32,000 nucleotides of DNA, from assembly GCF_000007985.2 (NCBI RefSeq), contig NC_002939.5, forward strand, positions 2,100,001 through 2,132,000. Direction: 5' to 3'. Position 1 is the first letter of the stretch, and the number at the start of each line of letters is the position of its first letter. This document shows, piece by piece, positions 24,638 to 30,062 of this stretch. This DNA is from Geobacter sulfurreducens PCA. GTDB lineage: Bacteria > Desulfobacterota > Desulfuromonadia > Geobacterales > Geobacteraceae. Below the pieces are notes generated by a model that saw nothing but the letters and a program-made list of their open reading frames with translations, was not told where the DNA came from and made no database searches. Made by a program: the position numbers and the translations under genes.

Positions 24638-26674
24638 TTACAACCACACCGTAAACATCGCACCCTGTCCGGGCGTACTCTCCACGTCTATTCTCCCGCC
24701 GTGTGCCTCCACGATCCGGCGACACTGGTAGAGCCCGATGCCGAGCCCTTTCTTCTTGGTGGTCCTGAAGGGCGAGAACAGGTGGGCACGAAACGCATCG
24801 GGGATACCGCAGCCGGCATCGGTCACGCGGATGTAAGGGGCGGTGCCGCAGCCCACCTCCACCGCCACCGGCCCCTTCCCTTCCGTGGCCTCCAAGGCGT
24901 TCACCACCAGGTTCACGACCACTTTCTGGATCTCCTCGCGGTCGACCCGGGCGGAAACAGCAGATCCGCCGACACTGATGCTGCCCCGGCCGCCGGCAAG
25001 CCCCGCGCTCTCCTCGGCAAGTCGAAGGAGATCGACCTCTTCGAAACAGAGGGACTGCTTCTCAGGCAGGCCGCGCAACCGGGCTATGAGCAGCTTCATC
25101 CGGTTCACCGTATTGCCGAGGGTGCCGAGCATGTCTTCCTGGAATTCGGCATCGGCGATATGGTCACGGGCGTTGTCCACGGTAAGCGACAGGGTATAGA
25201 CCAGGTTTTTGAGGTCATGGATGATAAACGTCGATACCCGCCCCATCACTTCCAGTTCCCGGGCGCTTGCCAGTTCCTCGGAGAGGCGCAGGTTCATGAG
25301 GGCCGATGCGGCCTGGCGAGCCATGGTCTTCATCAGGTCGTAATCTTCGTAGTGATAGAACTCTCCCTCATGCACGGGTCGTCCCAGGGCAACGATCCCC
25401 TCAAGCCCCTCGCCGGACGACAGAGGGATGAGGAATACGACGTTGTTCTCCCGCACAAACTCACCGGCACCGGAGAACTCCTCAGGGTTTGCCTCGCGGA
25501 GATTGACGATCCAGCCCTCATCCGCCATCCGGCGCACCGGAGGATCGTTAGATGAGAAAAATGCACCGGCCAGCGCCTGCTCCCGAGCGACGGCCCAGCG
25601 GAATAAGCCGTCGTCTCCGCTTTTAAGGAAAAGAACTCCGCTGTTCATGCCGAAAACCCCGCTGTAGCCGGCGAGGATTGCCTCCATGAGACCGTCAGAG
25701 CTGCGGGCAGAGGCCAACAGGTCGGTGAAGTGGAGCCACTGGGTCTGGTAATCGTACTTGCTCCGGTAAAAATTCTTGTGAATGAAGACCCGGACCCTGC
25801 GGCGCAGGGTCTCTGACAAGAGAATGACCACCAGGGCAATGCCCATGCAGAACAGGGCGGCAATGGCCATTGCCTTGGGGAAGCCTTCCCCGAAGTAGCG
25901 CAACCCCTCCCCCATCACCCCCACGGCAACCAGGTACAGCCCTACGGCAACCAGCACCACCGACTTGTAGGCCATGTTCCGCGAGACCGCGATTCGCACG
26001 CCGCTGCCCCGTGCGAGGAGCGAATAGAGCATCATGGCAGCGGCAAGGGCAAGAATCAGGGATCGTACCGGCAACAGCCCCATGTTGAGAGAGCGATGGA
26101 GCAGCCCCTGGCTGTAGTAGAGCACCAGAAGCGCAAGGTAACTGGTCGCGCCGATGAAATCGAATTTGATTCGCCAGCGCTCCAGGAGAGAGGCATGAGA
26201 ATACGTCCCCTCCAGATTGACGAGGGAAATCACAGCAAAGAGAAGCAGGCCGAGATAAAAGTAGTAGCCGTGAACCGTCAGAAACAGGACCCGCTCCGTG
26301 GCGAAATCCGGTGAATAGAAGAAAACCTCCGGCGGCAGCAGCAGAGCGGCCAGTGGGAACGCAGCCGTAGCGGCCAGGAAAAACCGCTGCAACCGGGGCA
26401 CAGCAGATGTCGCAGTCCGCCGGGAGTGGGTGAGGCTATAGGTAAGCCAAGCCGCAGGCAAAAGGGATTCGACCCCCAGAACCCACCGTTTCCATTCAAA
26501 CAGTCGATCCGGGTCGAGCATTACGACAAGGTCCAAGACTTCGAGAGCCGAAGCCGCCGTCAGGGCGGCAACTGTCGCGCAGACTGAAAGGGTAAGCCCC
26601 TGACGGCGGATGGTGACTCCGATTACGGCCAGGGAGAGCAGTACCGCCGCCGCTGAAAGGACCAACTGCATCAT
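24638..26674 (-). CDS. prsK: multi-TM sensor histidine kinase, PEP-CTERM system PrsK type
   Basis: About 300 aa of N-terminal TM helices, then a GAF-like segment. H-box FIIHDLKNLVYTL, N-box VVNLVVNALEAT, G1 DAGCGI, G2 KKGLGIGLYQC. GGAGG RBS inside the upstream gene's 3' end. The gap to that gene is 7 nt. Confidence 0.75.
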   Translation of the reverse strand: MMQLVLSAAAVLLSLAVIGVTIRRQGLTLSVCATVAALTAASALEVLDLVVMLDPDRLFEWKRWVLGVESLLPAAWLTYSLTHSRRTATSAVPRLQRFFLAATAAFPLAALLLPPEVFFYSPDFATERVLFLTVHGYYFYLGLLLFAVISLVNLEGTYSHASLLERWRIKFDFIGATSYLALLVLYYSQGLLHRSLNMGLLPVRSLILALAAAMMLYSLLARGSGVRIAVSRNMAYKSVVLVAVGLYLVAVGVMGEGLRYFGEGFPKAMAIAALFCMGIALVVILLSETLRRRVRVFIHKNFYRSKYDYQTQWLHFTDLLASARSSDGLMEAILAGYSGVFGMNSGVLFLKSGDDGLFRWAVAREQALAGAFFSSNDPPVRRMADEGWIVNLREANPEEFSGAGEFVRENNVVFLIPLSSGEGLEGIVALGRPVHEGEFYHYEDYDLMKTMARQAASALMNLRLSEELASARELEVMGRVSTFIIHDLKNLVYTLSLTVDNARDHIADAEFQEDMLGTLGNTVNRMKLLIARLRGLPEKQSLCFEEVDLLRLAEESAGLAGGRGSISVGGSAVSARVDREEIQKVVVNLVVNALEATEGKGPVAVEVGCGTAPYIRVTDAGCGIPDAFRAHLFSPFRTTKKKGLGIGLYQCRRIVEAHGGRIDVESTPGQGAMFTVWL

Positions 26675-26681
26675 GACCGGC

Positions 26682-27968
26682 TCAGAGCCTCCAGAAGCGG
26701 ATTCCCGCCTGCCGCAGCATGTTCTGGTCGTACATACCCTTAACGTCCATGAGAACCGGGGGGTGCCCCATCAATCGAAGCAAGTCATCCCCGGCCAGGG
26801 ACCGGAACTGACGGTGTGCCACAGCGGCAACCACCGCAGCTGCAGGCTCCAGACCATCTGCCGGCACAAGCGTCACCCCGTATTCATGCAGGGCCTCGTT
26901 GGGGTCGGCCAAGGGGTCGTAGACCTGAACCTTCACACCATACTCCTCAAGTTCGCGGATAATGTCGATCACTCGGGAATTGCGCAGGTCAGGGCAATCC
27001 TCCTTGAAGGTGAGGCCGAGCACCGTCACCCTGGCTCCCAGAACCGGGTGTCCGGCCAGGATCATCTCTTTCACCGTCTTCTGGGCCACGAATTTGCCCA
27101 TACCGTCGTTGATCCTGCGGCCCGCCAGGATCACCTGGGGGATGTAACCGATCTTCTCCGCCTTGTGGGTCAGATAGTACGGATCCACACCGATGCAATG
27201 CCCTCCCACGAGCCCCGGCTTGAACCTGAGGAAGTTCCACTTGGTTCCGGCCGCCTCCAGCACCTCGCTAGTGTCGATGCCCAGCCGGTCGAAAATCAGG
27301 GCCAACTCGTTCATGAGGGCGATGTTCAGGTCCCGTTGTGTGTTCTCAATCACCTTGGCCGCTTCGGCCACCTTGATGCTCGACGCCCGGTGAACCCCCG
27401 CCGTCACCACTGATTCATACACTCGGGCAACTACGTCGAGTGTCGCAGCATCCTGCCCCGACACTACTTTGGTGATCTTCGTGAAAGTATGCTCCCTGTC
27501 GCCCGGATTGATCCGCTCAGGGCTGTAGCCCACGGTGAAATCGGTGCCGCAGCGCAGTCCCGACACCCGTTCCAGGATCGGCACGCACTCGTCCTCAGTG
27601 ACACCGGGATACACTGTGGACTCGTACACCACGATGTCGCCCTGCTTCAGGGCCTTACCCACCGTTTCCGACGCCTTCAGCATCAGGGTAAGGTCGGGCT
27701 GATTCGCTTCATCGATGGGAGTCGGCACCGCCACGATGTGAAAATCCGCCAGACGGAGTTCCTCGATGCGGTCGGTGAAAAGGATGTTCGCTGCGGCCAG
27801 GGCCTCAGCAGTCACCTCGCCGGTTCGATCGATCCCCTGCTTGAGCTCGGCGATGCGGCCGGCATTGATGTCGAATCCGACAGTCCGACGGACACGGCCG
27901 AAGGCAACCGCCACGGGGAGTCCCACGTAGCCGAGTCCGATAACGGAAATGGTGCGGTCAGCGGTCAT
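26682..27968 (-). CDS. nucleotide-sugar dehydrogenase (TviB/WbpO-like UDP-N-acetylhexosamine 6-dehydrogenase family)
   Basis: I start at the internal Met (ATG 27968-27966), preceded by an AAGGAG RBS. Rossmann motif ISVIGLGYVGLPVAVAF, catalytic-region GGHCIGVDPYYL, and C-terminal VTVLGLTFKEDCPDLRNSRV. Confidence 0.85.
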   Translation of the reverse strand: MTADRTISVIGLGYVGLPVAVAFGRVRRTVGFDINAGRIAELKQGIDRTGEVTAEALAAANILFTDRIEELRLADFHIVAVPTPIDEANQPDLTLMLKASETVGKALKQGDIVVYESTVYPGVTEDECVPILERVSGLRCGTDFTVGYSPERINPGDREHTFTKITKVVSGQDAATLDVVARVYESVVTAGVHRASSIKVAEAAKVIENTQRDLNIALMNELALIFDRLGIDTSEVLEAAGTKWNFLRFKPGLVGGHCIGVDPYYLTHKAEKIGYIPQVILAGRRINDGMGKFVAQKTVKEMILAGHPVLGARVTVLGLTFKEDCPDLRNSRVIDIIRELEEYGVKVQVYDPLADPNEALHEYGVTLVPADGLEPAAAVVAAVAHRQFRSLAGDDLLRLMGHPPVLMDVKGMYDQNMLRQAGIRFWRL

Positions 27969-28053
27969 TGAGCGCTCCTTTTGCTCGATCCCATGAATCA
28001 CGTGCAGTTCCAAGGTTATCTTCTACCAACTGTCGATAAAATTTACACCAAAT

Positions 28054-28069
28054 CTTGTGCAGGCACAAG
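28054..28069. promoter_or_regulatory. 16-bp palindrome in the promoter region of the dehydrogenase-prsK-prsR operon
   Basis: CTTGTGC-ag-GCACAAG (7-bp perfect arms), about 90 nt upstream of the ATG at 27968. It overlaps a possible -35/-10 pair on the minus strand (TTGTGC - 17 nt - TAAATT). Confidence 0.3.
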
Positions 28070-28130
28070 GAGGGTATGTAATTACTTTACAAAATACCTA
28101 CGGTTGTGGGCGTTATGGGTGGGACTCCGG

Positions 28131-28163
28131 GGGAAAAAGAAAAGGCGGTGCCGAAGCACCGCC
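28131..28163 (-). terminator. rho-independent terminator after the first PEP-CTERM gene
   Basis: Minus strand: GGCGGTGC-TTCG-GCACCGCC followed by TTTTCTTTTTC. It starts about 40 nt after the stop at 28202. Confidence 0.75.
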
Positions 28164-28201
28164 TCCCTGGGAACTCTGGAAAGGGTTATCAGTCCGGGTT
28201 A

Positions 28202-28774
28202 CTATTGTCGCTTCATACGCCTGCGGCTGTACGCTCCGAGCCCCAACAGGCCGGCGCCCAGCAGAACGATCGTCCCTGGTTCGGGAACGGGAGCCGACTC
28301 AGGCTCGTAGGTGATGGTCAGATCCGAGCGGGTGATGTAGAAGTCTCCCAGCAGCGATGCGAGCTTCACGTTAAACTCCCCGTCTTTGAGGAATTCCACA
28401 TTCACATTATACCCATAGGCGCCGGTGTTCACTCCGCCAAGGGCCCAGGAACCATCCTCGGCATAGCCGAAGGCGAGTTCCCAGGTAAGAGGGTTGAGCA
28501 GTTTGTCGGCATCGTCGTCAAGGAGGGTAAGAGTCAGTCTGCCACTCAATATCTGCTGGGCCGGCGGCGTAAAGGTGAATTGATGCTTCCAGGCGACGTA
28601 ATCCCCGGTGCCTTCAAGGAAGTTCACACTACTCCCCCCATAGCTCACCAAATCCTGGGCGGCGAGGGTTCCTGTAGAAGTGAAAAGCGTGGTGTCCGTA
28701 AAGGTAAGCGGCGAGGCCTGGGCTACGCCTCCCATGAGAAGCAGCCCTGCCACCAAACCTATCAATTTTTTCAT
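28202..28774 (-). CDS. PEP-CTERM sorting-domain secreted protein (190 aa)
   Basis: I start at the internal Met (ATG 28774-28772), preceded by an AAGGAG RBS. Signal peptide MKKLIGLVAGLLLMGGVAQA. C-terminus VPEPGTIVLLGAGLLGLGAYSRRRMKRQ has the PEP motif, a hydrophobic helix and a basic tail. Confidence 0.85.
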   Translation of the reverse strand: MKKLIGLVAGLLLMGGVAQASPLTFTDTTLFTSTGTLAAQDLVSYGGSSVNFLEGTGDYVAWKHQFTFTPPAQQILSGRLTLTLLDDDADKLLNPLTWELAFGYAEDGSWALGGVNTGAYGYNVNVEFLKDGEFNVKLASLLGDFYITRSDLTITYEPESAPVPEPGTIVLLGAGLLGLGAYSRRRMKRQ

Positions 28775-28810
28775 GTATATCTCCTTGTGGTTCGTCACCT
28801 GCGTGATGAT

Positions 28811-28877
28811 ATTCAGTCATTAAATTCAATTTTCAAACCAATCCATTCATCACTGCAAATTCAACGCATTACATTCA
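28811..28877. repeat. phased array of ATTCA (TGAAT on the minus strand) pentamers upstream of the PEP-CTERM gene
   Basis: ATTCA occurs at 28811, 28824, 28845, 28859 and 28873, plus TTTCA at 28831. The last four are spaced exactly 14 nt apart. Read directly from the sequence. Confidence 0.6.
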
Positions 28878-28961
28878 ATCGCCAGAATATATTTTTGTTC
28901 AAAATGTAAACTAATTCGACAAGATCGTCGATCACTCATACACCCCTAGCGATAGTTGGCC

Positions 28962-29681
28962 TCAACCTTTATTCTGCTTGCGGCAGCATGCGGTTACCCC
29001 CCACAGCCCTGCAAGGCCGAAGGCGATAAGCAACCCCGTCCCCGGTTCCGGCACCACCCCAACGATAACCGGCGAGCTTGTTTGCTGCAGATACTCAATC
29101 TGTCCGACGAAATTCCAGGGTTCTCCTTCGAAGAGCCCATGAACCCCAAAAAACTTTTGTATGGTGAATGCGTCGAGATTGAGCCAATAATCCATTGCTC
29201 CACCTGGCCCCTGAAGCAACAGATTTGCAGCGGTATTAGTTGTATCCGACAGAATGCTTGGCCAATATGTGGACTCGTAAAGAAGCAATTGGTTGTTTTC
29301 CAGCTTTCCGGCAAAGACACCAAAAACCGGAGCATTCGAAACAATGGCTAGACTATCGAAACCAAGAACATCAGGGGTGGATACACCTAATTGAGCCTGA
29401 GTCTTATCGACAAGCACGGTCCAACCTTGTCCAAGTCCCGTGATATATTCATACAGGACAGCGACTTCAAAGTTCACAGGCTGCGGGTTGCTACCTAAGC
29501 TGTCATAGGTGAACGAACCAATGAAGGGACTGCCGACCTGCACCTGGACCTCAGAGAACTCAAAGGCACCCATGGTGCTACTGGTTACCTTGCCGCCAAA
29601 CAGATAGGTCAATGGAGCTGCGTGAACGCCGACCGATGTGAGGGATAGGAATGTCACGAGGAGAAAAACGAGTACCTTCAT
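28962..29681 (-). CDS. PEP-CTERM sorting-domain secreted protein (239 aa)
   Basis: I start at the internal Met (ATG 29681-29679), preceded by an AAGGAGG RBS. Signal peptide MKVLVFLLVTFLSLTSVGVHA. C-terminus VPEPGTGLLIAFGLAGLWGVTACCRKQNKG. Confidence 0.85.
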   Translation of the reverse strand: MKVLVFLLVTFLSLTSVGVHAAPLTYLFGGKVTSSTMGAFEFSEVQVQVGSPFIGSFTYDSLGSNPQPVNFEVAVLYEYITGLGQGWTVLVDKTQAQLGVSTPDVLGFDSLAIVSNAPVFGVFAGKLENNQLLLYESTYWPSILSDTTNTAANLLLQGPGGAMDYWLNLDAFTIQKFFGVHGLFEGEPWNFVGQIEYLQQTSSPVIVGVVPEPGTGLLIAFGLAGLWGVTACCRKQNKG

Positions 29682-29836
29682 GGCCAACCTCCTTAAATGC
29701 CTGTGGAGAGGGATCTCCACCGTTTGTGTGTGCATGCGAATGCATCACTAACGGCACATAAAAGAAGACCATTTAGAGGCTATTGCGAGAAATCAAAGCA
29801 CGTACCTTGCTCTAAGCATGCCCACTAATGATGAAC

Positions 29837-29852
29837 AGCATAATACGTACCA
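29837..29852 (-). promoter_or_regulatory. sigma54-like -24/-12 element upstream of the second PEP-CTERM gene
   Basis: Minus strand: TGGTAC gtatt ATGCT. GG and GC are at the correct 10-nt separation. There are two mismatches to TGGCAC-N5-TTGCW. It lies about 155 nt upstream of the ATG. Confidence 0.35.
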
Positions 29853-29976
29853 CCTTACAACCGACTGTTTTGCAAACAATATCAGTGACGACATGTGCAA
29901 TATCCCAAAAAATTGTCAGATATCTCGACGCTCTTAGTCATCTTGGAATCACTATAATCTTGATCCGTCAACGGGA

Positions 29977-30018
29977 CGAAAAAAGCCGCCTCCCCCGGCA
30001 GAGCGGGAAAGGCGGCTT
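29977..30018 (-). terminator. rho-independent terminator after the Ig/dockerin gene
   Basis: Minus strand: AAGCCGCC (30018-30011), a 20-nt loop, GGCGGCTT (29990-29983), then TTTTTC. It starts about 45 nt after the stop at 30063. Confidence 0.75.
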
Positions 30019-30062
30019 CGTTTCAGGACCTCCGCACAGCGGGGTCCCCGATCAGGGATCGG

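Noticed and set aside
26455-26480. GGATTCGACCCCC, superficially like a tRNA T-arm on the minus strand
   Set aside because: The flanks do not form a T-stem or an acceptor stem, and it lies inside the prsK coding frame.
28106-28909. 267-aa plus-strand ORF (and 28057-28314, 27981-28310) across the terminator and the first PEP-CTERM gene
   Set aside because: It runs through a strong terminator hairpin. It lies opposite a gene with an RBS, a signal peptide and a PEP-CTERM tail.
29682-29976. Possible GEMM-I (c-di-GMP/cGAMP) riboswitch upstream of the PEP-CTERM genes
   Set aside because: I looked for the conserved GGCAAACC...GAAA...ACGCAAAGC core on both strands here and at 28775-28961. I did not find it. 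Only generic hairpins are present.
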